NCBI GenBank assembly: GCA_965113315.1
Contig: OZ220363.1
Strand: one strand, 5' to 3'
Source of the DNA: Podarcis vaucheri
Taxonomy: Eukaryota
DNA: 64,000 bases
The translations under genes and the position numbers were made by a program. Shown in pieces: positions 42,978 to 55,726 of this stretch. The notes under the pieces were generated by a model. The model worked only from the letters and a program-made list of their open reading frames with translations. It was not told the origin of the DNA and made no database searches. The first letter of the stretch is position 1. Each line of letters starts with the position of its first letter.

Positions 42978-45900
42978 TAGTCTCCAATGCATTATATTTG
43001 AAATGAGTAATATCGGTGCTTCCTATCCACCTCCCGTTCTATCCAGCATGGGTGACAATACATGTACAACATTCAATAAAAACATTTTTTACCTCTTTTT
43101 TAAACCAAATGTCAAAAAAGGAAAGTAAGACATTGTGCGGAACACAATCAAATGAAAAATAATTTTGGCAATCCTACCATACGTACTGGGGTTTGGGGGG
43201 AGATGAAGTAGAGAGAGAAAACAAAAAATATCAGAAATAATTATCTAAAATTATTGTTAGTTTTAAAACGTAGTCACTATATTTGCTACCATGAGTATCT
43301 CATCGACATTTCGGACAAGATCAAAATGTGAATTTAGTTTCAGTATTTTATGAAATGATAAACATTAGTTGAACATTAGAAAATGTTAATAGTTAAGAGT
43401 TTTTGAAATGTGGAGACTATTTTACATAGGAAAGTAAAAGTAGAATGGAAGAGCTAGTTAGCAAATTATGTTTTGATTAATTACGAAAAACCTTGACTTT
43501 TCAAGTTATTCCATAACTGCTGTTAGGATCATGTAAGGCAAATGAAGTTTTATAAGTTGGGAACAGCACAGGTAAGAGTGTTAACAATCCACTGGGTTTT
43601 GTACCGTGCTTATTGCATCCTGGGTTTGTTTAATTCTCTGCATCTCGGGCGTCTTTTCAATAGCTGTTCCTGTTCCAATATCTTCTTTATATAAAATCTT
43701 AACCAAGACAACAAGATTGAGCATAGAAAAACAACAACATTGTCATTTGCTACAGAAAGACTACAAAACAGTGGAATATTAAGAAACCTCTAACTGGTTC
43801 CTTGATCATCAGTGCATTCACTCACACAGAAGAGATTCCCATTGATTTCAGAAGCTTTTGCTTCCAAGCAAGATTATCCTTAGGTAATATGTGTACTTCT
43901 CCATATTTTGTGATGTAGTTCTCCAACAAAAAAAATAGTGTGCAAAACGTGTATATTGGGGGAAAGTATGCATAAAACGCACAACTGAGTGAAAATATTT
44001 TTAAATGCACCAGATATTTACTAAAATGTATATATTAGGCAAAATGCATACAATGGGAGAAAGCACATTGAAATGCTGGTGAGTTTTTTGAGGCTGTTCT
44101 TTTTTATTTTTAAAGCAAACGAATGCAAAAACAGAACTGAACTTAAGATAAGAAAAATGTTAACTCAAAACTAGACAGCTTCATCCATCCCTGTTTTCAG
44201 GATCTTGGGGACTTGTGGAGGAGGGAATTTCTGCTTCAACTATCCTGGTTCATGCATGCCTGTTACATTGTCTAAGTAAAATGGGAATGGCACTGATTTT
44301 AACGTAGACATGGCTTTCCACTGTTTTGATCAGACATCCATGGATAGATCTTCATGGTTAAACTTGCTAATTAAGAACAAAGCAGAGCATACACGAATTA
44401 GCTGCTAAAAGACGACACAGCAAGCCTATAAACAGCTACAAATCCATAGCCACATTGCAAAACAAGGGCAGATATTTTGTACTTCTACTGTCAGATGTGG
44501 GGTACACAACCCACTGTGCAATGATGGAAGCAGTTGAAGGAGAGAGTGTGTAAAGGAATAGCAACACCTACACATATAATAAGGTACACATAATTAGTGT
44601 AAAATTGCATGGCCCTGACCGCCGACATAAAAGCCTGGATATACATAGTAAACAAGAAGCACCATTCATATCAAGGAAGATTCCTGTATGCTGAAGGATC
44701 TGCAAAAGTAGGGCAACAAAATTAAGGATTCGCTTTGTGGTGTAAAATAAGGTTACCGTGCTGAAGTTCTTCTGGTTTTCTTTAACTCTTAATATCTCTG
44801 GTGTTTCATTTACAACTGTGACTTTTCCTTTGCTGTCCTGTAGATCATGCTGGTACTTGAGCTGTTAGGAGAACACATATTTTTGTTTATTGCCCTTGCA
44901 ATAAAGAATTCAGTCTTGCACCTTTATTTCGTTGGTATTCTGTATAGCTTTCTTATAAATAAATTTAAAAATCATTTAGGAATACTGAAATTTGAAGTCG
45001 CACCTGACATCTGGGTCATCTAAATTCAGCTGCTGTTTGAACACATGAGATTTCCAATGGGCACCCAGATAAAAGGACAGAATCTTCAATCATCACGAGG
45101 CATTCTCTCAGCATTTACAGAGAATGGAGAACCCCATGCATCGTAGGGTAGGGAGTCTGGGTGCACAGAAGATTTTGCTATTGGGGCCCACATTTACCCA
45201 TTCATGTTTCCATCAGCTGGTGCTGTTTTCAAACACATGCGACCTCAGGTAAACTGCACTACGATCTGCACATATGCTGTATCCTCACCATCCACCCACA
45301 CTTTTGTAACCTTGTATTCCACCTGTCCTGCATCCCAGCCACCCAATTTTCAGTTTTTCACTGTAAGGTATGATGCACAGAGACAAAGGCAGTGTTGAAA
45401 CGGTCATGAGGAACAGTGTACTACATCCTTCTTGAAAGGGGAGACTTTGACTGAAACCATGCCTCTCCTCTAAGCCACACACACACAAACATGCACATAC
45501 AAAATGGGTAAGTTCATACAAGACCCCACAGCCTTTCAGGTGTTGCTGGACTCCAGCTCCCATCAGCCCCAGCCAACATGACCAGTAGTCAGGGATGGTG
45601 AGAGCTAGAGTCCAAAGACATCTGCAGGGCCACAGACTCCCCATCCATAATGAGACGTTGCCTGACACCACCTCTGATGTTGTTGAGCGAGGAAGAATAA
45701 AAGACAAATAAAACCTTCCCATGCATCGTGAGAGCTGGTTACGCCAGGACAGCGCAATGCAAGAAAACAGCTTTAGTGCCATTGCTTCCAAACAGGAACC
45801 TCATCTGTGCTTGCACAGTCACCATGGAGATTTCTATCCATCTATCTGTAAATGTGTGTACACACGCTTTTACATCTTCGAACCTTACACAATTACTTTT

Positions 45901-48900
45901 ATCTTAACCCAAGCAAGCAAGAGGCATTCTTACAGCTCTGGGATGTGTTCCAGCCATGCAAAAGCTCTTGAGGAGTGTGTGAGGGATGTAGCCTGAGGAG
46001 GTGGAATATTTGTCCTCAAAAGCGGAATCTTCTGTCCTGTGCTCTGCATGGGTCTGAGCAAGGTGTAAAACCCAATTTATCAATGGATGAGCAGGGGTTA
46101 AACCCTGCCCTGTTGGCTGTGGGGCATGGCATGAGCTGCAAACACAGAACTGAACCCTGCCCATCAGCTGATTGTCAGGTGGGTGTGGGGTTATTTTTTG
46201 GGGGGGGGAATTGTCTCAGGAGTCAAATTGGACCCTGCCAAGCTTGGCCTGTGGTCTGGAGTTTTCCCACCTCTGGCCTACATTCTGCACAGGACTTCAC
46301 AGCATCACATATTTATAAATAATCACACTTTTCACTGTGTTTACAATACATTAATACCTACCATGCTGAAATTCTTTTGGTTCTCCCGGACTCTCTGCAT
46401 TTCTGGTGTGTCTAAAACAGACACATAGTATGACATAGTTCTCTCTGCATCCTCCTTATATTTTTTCTGTTAGTTGGGGGGAGAGAGGATCAAGATTTAT
46501 TGTTATGGTAAAAAAAAACAACCAAAAAGAAATGTATGCGCTCAATGTCCAAGAGGCAATTTGCACAAAAACATGTTTATGGTTATCTGGAGTTGAGATA
46601 TGTGTGAAATGGTTCCTACGTGAAAGAAGCTCCTATCAATAGGGAGCAAGACCCTCCTTTAAAAAAAAAAAAATCTGGCAAAGCTAGTTGAAAACAAACA
46701 CGATCATTACCTGACTTGAAAAGTTCTTCACATGGTGGGCATGGATGATGTCTGGAGTGTCAACCACCGTGGTATAGTGGGCTTTTTCCATTTCTGCAGA
46801 CTGCTTATATTTGATCTGTTGGGGGAAAGGTCACAAGCAGATATCCACAGTGAGTACATTTATGAACACAGCTTCCTCTTGATTTCCCCATAGGAAATCT
46901 ACAGAGAAGGTTCCCCTTAAAATTACTCCCAAGTGTTATTAGTGCCTGGCTGTTCTCACTGACCTGGCTAGAGATGTCCATAGCATTCTTTGCCCTCATA
47001 TAATCAGGCGTTTCTGTGGTATGGCCTGTCAAGCCTCTTCCTTTGATTTCCATCTCTAGAGCTTTCTTGTATTCTTTCTGTTGTGGTTTTTTTTTTTTAA
47101 AAAAAAGGATTAATAGAGATGAGACCATCACAATGGGGCAGGTTTTTCAAAAGTAACACTTATCCCAATTCACCAAGGGTGATCTTGATGTGACTCAAGC
47201 TGCTGCCCATACAACATGCAAAAAAAGTGTGTCCCACAGAAGAGAAACGTATGCAGTCGAAGAAGCATTCACTCTTCACAGGCAGTCTAAGTCATTTGAC
47301 CATTTGTGTTGCCTAAAAGGCTCGTTTTCTGGCTAACACCTCAAAAGGAAATTATCTAACTTAATTATCTATCAACAAATATGTTGATTTCCTAAGATTT
47401 AAGAAGTGTCTAATACACAGTTTAGGAAGTTTGCTTAACTTAGCTTTTCACACACGCTAATTTCAGAGGATTAAAAACGTTTGAAACACAGCTCAAATAG
47501 CACACAAGGGTCTAGCTATCACCTTGCACAGGACACAAGCTTAATTAGCTGTATGTTTCCTAGCACCTACAAACCCATTACAAAAATTGACCTGGGCAGG
47601 TAAGTGGGATCTGACTCTGAGATATAATCAATGCTTCAGAAATTGCTGGAACCCAGGCGTATAATTTCTCTTTAAAGATAGCTTTGTTGGAATTCTTCCT
47701 ATGAAAGGCCGTTCTGACATTACGCAAACAGCCTGGGAGAGATGCTGTAGCACTGCTCATTACCATGCCAACGTTGTCCTTCTTCTGGGAGTCATAGGGT
47801 GGAGCCACATCATGCATTTCTCCCTAATGTCTGGGGCTTTTGACATTAATCCAGTGCAGAAGAAGGGGGCCATGCTGCAGTGGCCCCCAAGGGAAGTTAG
47901 CCTAGCTATGTGCCTCACCTCATTCAAGATATAGGTTGCATTCTTTGCTCTGAGTAGGTCTGGGGTCTCTTCCAAAATGGTTAGGCCTTTACCTTTGACA
48001 CCTTCTTCCAAATCTCTCCTGTATTCTTTCTAGAGGGGGTGGGGAGAAAAAGAAAACTGAAGAAACCAAAGAGAGAAAGAGCTTCAAGGAGGATGAAGGA
48101 GACCCCCCTCCCCTAAAAAGAGTTAGTAAATGGCCTTCAGATTATCTTAAAGCAAGACTTAGTTAGGGTGTTCAAGGTTCAACCTTCTAGATAGTCACAC
48201 AGCTTGACACAACAACTTCAGTAAAGAACACAACATATAGTGAAACAATGATCTCTGTTCCACCAACAGGAAAACATTAATGCTGCTAATACAATTAACA
48301 ATTAGTGATTTAAAAAAACCACACACCAATGGACTAGAACAAGCAACAAACACAGATTAAACCATGCATTTAAGAGAAATGTTTAAGGCTAGTAAAGAAG
48401 GTAGTGAAGGGACTGCTTTGGTAAGGACAATTAATGAAACTAGTAGGGTGGTTCACAGCAGAAGACAACAGAGCAGGTGCTACCTCGCTTGCTATTTTGG
48501 TGGCATATCTGACATGCAAAAGAGATGGTGTGACCTCCAGGCCAGTAAGGTTCCTGCCTTTCATGGACTCTTCAAAGTCTTTTTTATATTCTTTCTAACA
48601 GGAGTAGGAAGAAGAAGAAGAGGAGAAGGGGAAAAAACAGAATTTATTTTGGATCTGTGCAGGAAGAATATTTTCAAGTACTGTACTGTTAGTTTTGGGT
48701 CCTGTCTTGCCCTTGTTGTGTCAAGTTTGCTGGTCGGCCATTCGGTGTTGGGTGGGGGTTTAGCAGCGTGGTGTAGTGGTTAGAGTGTTGGACGATGGCC
48801 TGGGAGACAAATTCAAATCCCAACTCAGCTATGCAAATCACTGGGTGGCCTTGGGACAGTCACCATCCCTGGGGCTAAAATGGAGAGGGCAGAACCATGT

Positions 48901-51900
48901 GCCCCAACTTGAGCTCCTGGAGGAAAAGGTGGTGTATAAATGTAAGGAACAAATAAAATAAAAATACATTGCAAGCGCCCACTTTGTGTCTCTGACAGCA
49001 ACAAGGCTTTGGATGAACATGTGATTCACAAAAGGTAGGGCTCCAGTCTTCCAGTGTGCTCAGTTGGTAAGATGCCCTTAAAGCCTACAGTAGTGTCATT
49101 CCTATGCTTTAGACTCACTAATTGTTATGATCAGTCTAAGGAATGGAAAATCCCAGAGCCAAAAGGGTAGGCATCCCATAAACCCCGGGGGAGGGAATGT
49201 CTAATTGCATGGTAATATATTGAAACAATTGACAGAATCACCCAAAGGACCTTATACCAGTATTTTTGCCTTGTATAAGTTTCGCTCTTGGACAGAACAA
49301 TGCAGACACATCAAATAGGCTATGAAATCATGGTTAAACAAAAAGCTAATATCAGGGGGAAGGTGGTGCTGTAACACTTAAAACAGGCAGGGATTTTCAG
49401 TGCTGAAGCACAACAGTTTCACATCTAATCTTGCTGATATAAAAGGAATGTATATGAAGAGGATGGTGCGTGAAATGGAAGGGGTGAATGGCATAGAGAT
49501 GGGCACCAGGGGTCCCAAGACACAATAGGTATCTATTGACCACTTATTTAGTTAGGATAAATATTAAGGCAAACGTTAACTCTGATTTAGCACTGGCTTG
49601 TAAGAAGCAATGTGAACTTTGCACCCTTTCAATCGCTGTTCAGGCACTGTATTGGGAAATGATGCACAGAAGTGGCTTTGAGAAAGTGCAGCTGGAAAGT
49701 GTTTCAAAAGACACAAGAGAGGATGCTTGGCAAAGCCTCCAGGGAATGGGAAAGGGTAAAATAATTGCGTTCTCTGACTGCTTATCTTCTGTTTCTTTAG
49801 AAAAATGTGAGAGGCCTCCTGGGCTCAAACCCAGGGCTCAAACTTCCCTGTATCCAGACCCCTTGCACCTGCATAATGGGGGATTGTTCTTTATCAGGTA
49901 TGGCACACACCTGCAGTAAGGTGTCAATGGTTGCATATGGCAAAGACAGCAAGGATCTGTAGAGGAGGGAGCAGGCAAGCCCATGGGCCTGGCTATGGCG
50001 GGGAATCAGGTCTGTACTCCTGCTTGTCTCTGCAGTGCTGTGTTACTTCCTGCTTTGGAGACCAGAAGCAAGCAGACCATAAAACACAGATGGTTGGTTA
50101 TGGACCGAACTGTGCAACAGAGTCTTTATCTCATGTTTTGATCTTGTCCTCTGGCACACAGACTCTGAGATAGTTGTGTGGTGAAATATTGGGGGGGGGG
50201 GAGACCCACCCTGAAACAATTGACAGAACCACCCAAATATTATCGACCAAACACCTTATACAAGTGTATTTCACCTTGTATAAATTTCACATTTGGGACA
50301 GAACACTGACAAAACTGAGTTCAATGGAAGGTCAATGGAAAAACTATAACTGGACACAAACAAGGCTTGAATGGTGTCAGCGAAAGTTGTTTATTACAAA
50401 TTATATACTGCTACTTTTAGCAGCCACTCTAATCTTCTGGTAGCCCGGGGAAAACTGACAAACTGCAAGTCCTTTTTTGAATCAACACTCCCGTTATCAC
50501 CTTAATTCCACAAATACAAAGTAAATATAAAGTAAATTAATAGCTTAGAGTCTGTTGCCTCGCTCCTAAACTTATTTTATTTTGCAACCGTGAATCAGAT
50601 TGTAATAAAGTGCAGCCTGTGTTTCCCCCCAGAGATTTTTGACTACAACCTCCATCATCCCTGATCCTTAGTCATCTGGTTGGGGCTGGTGGGAGCTGTA
50701 TGTCCCCCCAAAACAACCCTAGAGGGCACCAGGTTGAACAAGGCTGCTATAGAGGCATGATTATTTCAATTCTAGTTATACCTTCAGAAAGCATCTTCCC
50801 CACTAACTGCCTGTACCTGAATGGAAATAATACAATACCATGTTGTTATGCCTTCATTTTCCAACATGAAACCAGGCTGCATTCTGCCACAAAGCACCTT
50901 ACCTCGCTTTGCATGTGCTGAGACTCCTTAGCCGTGAGGTATGTTGGTGTTTCAAAGTCCAGCATGGGCTTCCCTCTTTCCTTTTCATATTTTTCCTTGT
51001 ACTTCACCTGCCAAGAGGGAGATAAATATTATTTCCAGTGCATTGCTAGATATAGGCTACAAATGTACAGGGGTGGCCCTGGAACGTGGAAGGGAATTAG
51101 GTCTCTTCCCCAAGCCGCGCTCAAGAAACAATCATGTCAGTCATGAAAACCACATGTCACGGTGAGTGACCTGTTGGGTGCCCCCAACACAGTCTGCTGC
51201 ACCTCACAGAGGAGGGCTGAGAAGCACTGAAATGCTGCTACCAGATGTCAAGGGTCAAGGCCAATTTCTATGCTCCAATGGCAACACGGTTGCTGTCCAC
51301 TTCTTCACATGTCAGGGCCCCATTTTGCAGCCGTAAAGATATGAAGCCACAATTGCCGGTTTGCATAGCTAGTTCACACAGCATTGCCTATGTGGAATTA
51401 TGGCAATTTATGAACAAGGGTTCAGAGAATGGTCTGAAAACCAATGTACAAGAGTTTTTTGTTCAGTCAGAAAATAGCACAGATAGTTAGAGAGAACATT
51501 AACAACAGGCAGGTCCCAAAACATTTTAAGACCTGGCAAATTTTGAATTAAATAAACAACTCATTTCTAACCAATTTATTGGAATATAGGCAGCTATATC
51601 TCACATGCAAGAAGTAAGCAAAAATATATATTCACAACAGACTTTAAAATGACATTCAATTACATTTAAGTGCCAGGGCTTTTTTCCAGCAAATTCTGTG
51701 AAGTGAGCTAGGAGCTCTAATTGGAGGTTTCTAAGCATCTTTATAAAACTATTATTCCCGGAACTCCTTGGGAAAAGCAACTTCTTCATTTATATTGTAA
51801 ATGTACTCCAAGATCAAAAGGAGTTTAATGCTGAAATAACTTTACAGCAATACTTTTTTTTTCTTATTAAGTGGTGTATTTCCCCCTTCTTGGCACACTG

Positions 51901-53417
51901 ACCCTTCTAGATTCTAGAATGCAATGCAATGGGTTGTGAACGAGAAATAAAAAGCAGGAAACACTTATCTATGACTTACTATGCTCTGAAGTTCTGAGGC
52001 CTCCTTTAGATGGATCTGTTCAAGGTTATCTGGAACCACATGGTAGTGACCTTTACTCTTCTCATATTTCTTCTTGTACTGGTACTAAAGGGGAAGGTGT
52101 CAAAAACCACCTCAATAACAAAAAGGCCTAACCTGATCAGCTTTCTAGCTCCAGCCGATCCAACCATTTCAACAGAAAAACAAGAAACCCAAAGCATTTT
52201 TTTTTAAAAAAAGGAGAAGAAGAAGAAAAAGGAATCCATAAAGGGGTGGGGGAGGGAGGAAAAAAATCTCAGACTAATGCCGAAGCACTTGTGATAGCTA
52301 TTTTTCCCTTGCAACATTATGCAAGAAGGAACAAGATATTGTAAGTAAATAAAAAGAAAACCCCCAAAAAAGAAAGAAGGAAGAACAAAAGAAATATAGT
52401 GAATATGTGATACAATTAAAATGGAAGACAACGCCACATCTTCTTCTCTTGTTAGCATATTCATCACTCTGTGGTATAATAGCAGGATGATAAAAGTTCA
52501 GCAAAAGCAGAATTAATTTTGAAAAGGTTTTAAAAAGTTAAAAGAAGAAGTATGTTGAAATAATATTAAGCACAAAAAATATTGAAATCAAAAGGAGGAA
52601 AATGGTATTCCTGTTAGTCAAAAAGGAAAGTTAAAAAGAAAAAAAAAAGCCATTTACATGTGGTTAGAGGTTTTACAATATTAGCAGTTCTACAGCTAAT
52701 AGAAAATGCTTGAAAGACCAGGGATATTAATTAGTCCGCATGAGGAACACTCATTAGGCAGGGGAGAAGAGAGATCACTACCAGGTGATTTCCTAGGAAC
52801 AGTCAAGGAGGAAAGCTGTTACAGAAATTGTTAGCAGCTATTATCTCAGAAAGGCAGATGGATGAAATGCTAAAGTGAATATGGTCTGAGATGAGCTAAG
52901 AGGCTTACAGAACTGGCGAGCTGGCTGGTGTTCAAGACATGATGCATCGACAGGGATTCAGACATGTCTGTCACTGGTTTGTGAAGTTTCTTCAGGTCCG
53001 CCTTGTATTTAATCTGATGGGGGAAGTTCAAAGAAACGCAGTAAAGGAAAACGCAAACAACACTTAGAAATCGGACGCATTAAAAAGGAACAGGACTCAG
53101 TCAGACTTTGCATCAAAATGTTGTGGGGGCGGGGCACTGGGCAAGAGATGGTTAATGAGATCAGCATTACTGCAAATGTTCCTTAAATGATTTGTAGCAA
53201 AGTTGCCAGGCACATGTTCCCTTAGGGAAATTCAGGTACATGGCCCAAGAAGGCTAGGAGATGGTTGAAGGTGACAACTCATCATCACTATTTTCTGTGG
53301 TCGTGCCTGCTTGTGGAATGTGCTCGTCTGACACCTTCATTACATAACCTTAGGTGCCAGGCAAAAAAAATCCTCTTCTCCTAGCCCTTTGGCTAATTAA
53401 ACAATCTGTGGCCTTTT

Positions 53418-53466
<49 letters not shown>

Positions 53467-53554
53467 TGTTGTTTGATACTAAAGCATGTATTTTTGTATT
53501 TTTATATTGTAAACTGCCCTATGATCCTCAGATGAAAGTTGGTATAGAAATTTA

Positions 53555-53609
<55 letters not shown>

Positions 53610-55693
53610 TCCCTCCCTTCGGCCAGTATTATGTTCAGGGGCTCAACTCCCAGTTCTGCCTCATACTTGGTTTCATGGGCAAGCTGCTTGTCACTTATGA
53701 CTAGCTACACCCCTCAAGGCAGCCATTTTGCGACTAGCCATAGTTTTCCAGCTGCCATTATGTGGTGATACTCATAAGCTTTTCCAAATGGGCCCATGAG
53801 CCTGAAAAGGGTTGGTAACTACTGGCCTAAAGGCCCACACATACCTCGCTAGCGATGTGGTGGGCATCTTTTAAGGTCTTGTAGATCTTGGCTTCCTTCA
53901 GGTCGTATCGCGGCTTATTGCCCTTCTCCTTGTCAAACTTCTCTTTGTATTTGATCTAATTCCAAGAGGAACAAGTGTTAAAACAAGGTCCTGAATTTTA
54001 GCTTGTCTGGTGCCACGGGAGAAAGAGTCCACATTCAGATTGTCAAAACAGATTCCGATTGCAAGCAGACAGGTTGAACAATGCAAGCCATAAGACCTCT
54101 TTGAAAAAGAAGATACCATTAACGAAGGTCTGGAATATTCACGTGATGCAGCAACGAACTTGGCACACACTGCATTTACAAGATTTCATGTTGCGTCTTT
54201 CATTCAGTAGTTGTGTTTCAGCTCCACATTTGAAATATATAACTCATTCATTGGGGGGGGGTCTGAATGTTGTGTGTGTGCAGCATGGCTATCAAGAGAC
54301 ACAAGAGCAAAATTATGACTGCATTGTGCATTTTTCTGTGGCCTAAAATGGGTGTTTCCTGATACAGGGCAATAGAAACATCTGACTTTCTAAATATTTC
54401 TTTCCTGCCTTCCCTCCCAGGGATTTTGAGCAGCATTCAAGTCTCAGGGTAGATCTACACACAGGGGGGAAACCACTATAAATAAGTCAGAAACTAGATC
54501 GTTATAACAAAAAATTTAAAAACCGCTATGGAAAATTTTCCTGCTCTCTGGCGTCATCTGGTGTTCAAATCATTGTTTCTTTACTAATGATGAAAGTAGG
54601 TTTGTCGGAGACTGTAATTTGCCCAAGACTCCTCCCAGTAAATTTTACAGCTCAGCATGGTTTTGAACCAAGATTTGCTACACTGGAGCCCAATGTTCTC
54701 CCAATACACTGCCTAATCAAAGAGGCAGTTGCATTTGATCTGATAACTATCATTACTGGCTTTAAGAGAAATTGCAAAAAGACTGTGATTTTGAATAAAA
54801 AGACATGTTCATGATAGAGAATAAAGGTCCTGCTAGATGCTCTATTCTCTCAGTACTAGAATTCCGAAGAATACTATAATGCACTTTTATTTACAATGAC
54901 TTTCCTATGTCCTCTGATGGACAGTCCAGTTCTGCCTGACAACTGAAGTGAGCAAATGCGGCTTGGTTACTTTCATTCTAATGGAGGAATAAACAGATTC
55001 ACCATGTTTTCAGTCGAAGAACTTGCCAGGGGATATTACTGCTTACTATTACTTTGCACTGTTAGTGTGGAAAGTACACAGAGCAAGGTTCTTAAGACTG
55101 AAAAGCTTCATTATCAAGGAACTCCATAAAAGAAGAGGTAAGATATTAGTCATTTGCTAGAGAGAAAGAGAAAATAGCAGTTATACAAATCCTGGCATGA
55201 GCCAGCAAAAATTAAGCACCTGGATTCCAAATGATTTCAACGAGAGCTTATGGTGTATTTTAGCCCTCTCACATTGAAATCAATGGTTTGATATGCTTAA
55301 TTTTACATGGATGGCACCCAGTCTTCACCCCACCCCTGGCAAGAGCTGATTGACGTAACTGATGAAAGGAATAGATCATGCTAGGGAGCAATGCACAGGG
55401 CTGAAAAGAAGAAAAGTTTAACGTTAGAAAACTGGAAGATGCCGCAGTGCAGATTTCAATTCCATTCCACGATTCTGGATGTCTAAAACATGTTGGCATG
55501 TTTTTATCCACACAACCCTGTATCCTTCATGCTGGATAGCCTCATCTTTTGGACATGGGTTGACAAAAGATGCCAGTGGTCAATATTCAAGTGACAGTCA
55601 AGTACACTGTTTATGTTTACTTTTTTAAAAATGCAGGACACTCTGGGCACTGACGCTCTTGGGAAGGAGAAGACTCTTCCTACAATGACACAG

Positions 55694-55726
<33 letters not shown>

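Noticed and set aside
45285-46428. Cluster of 70-168 aa ORFs in a nebulin intron
   Set aside because: No recognisable domain or splice support; overlaps MITE and low-complexity sequence; expected by chance
48765-48830. Possible tRNA gene
   Set aside because: A/B-box-like head continues into a SINE body and A-rich tail; no complete cloverleaf
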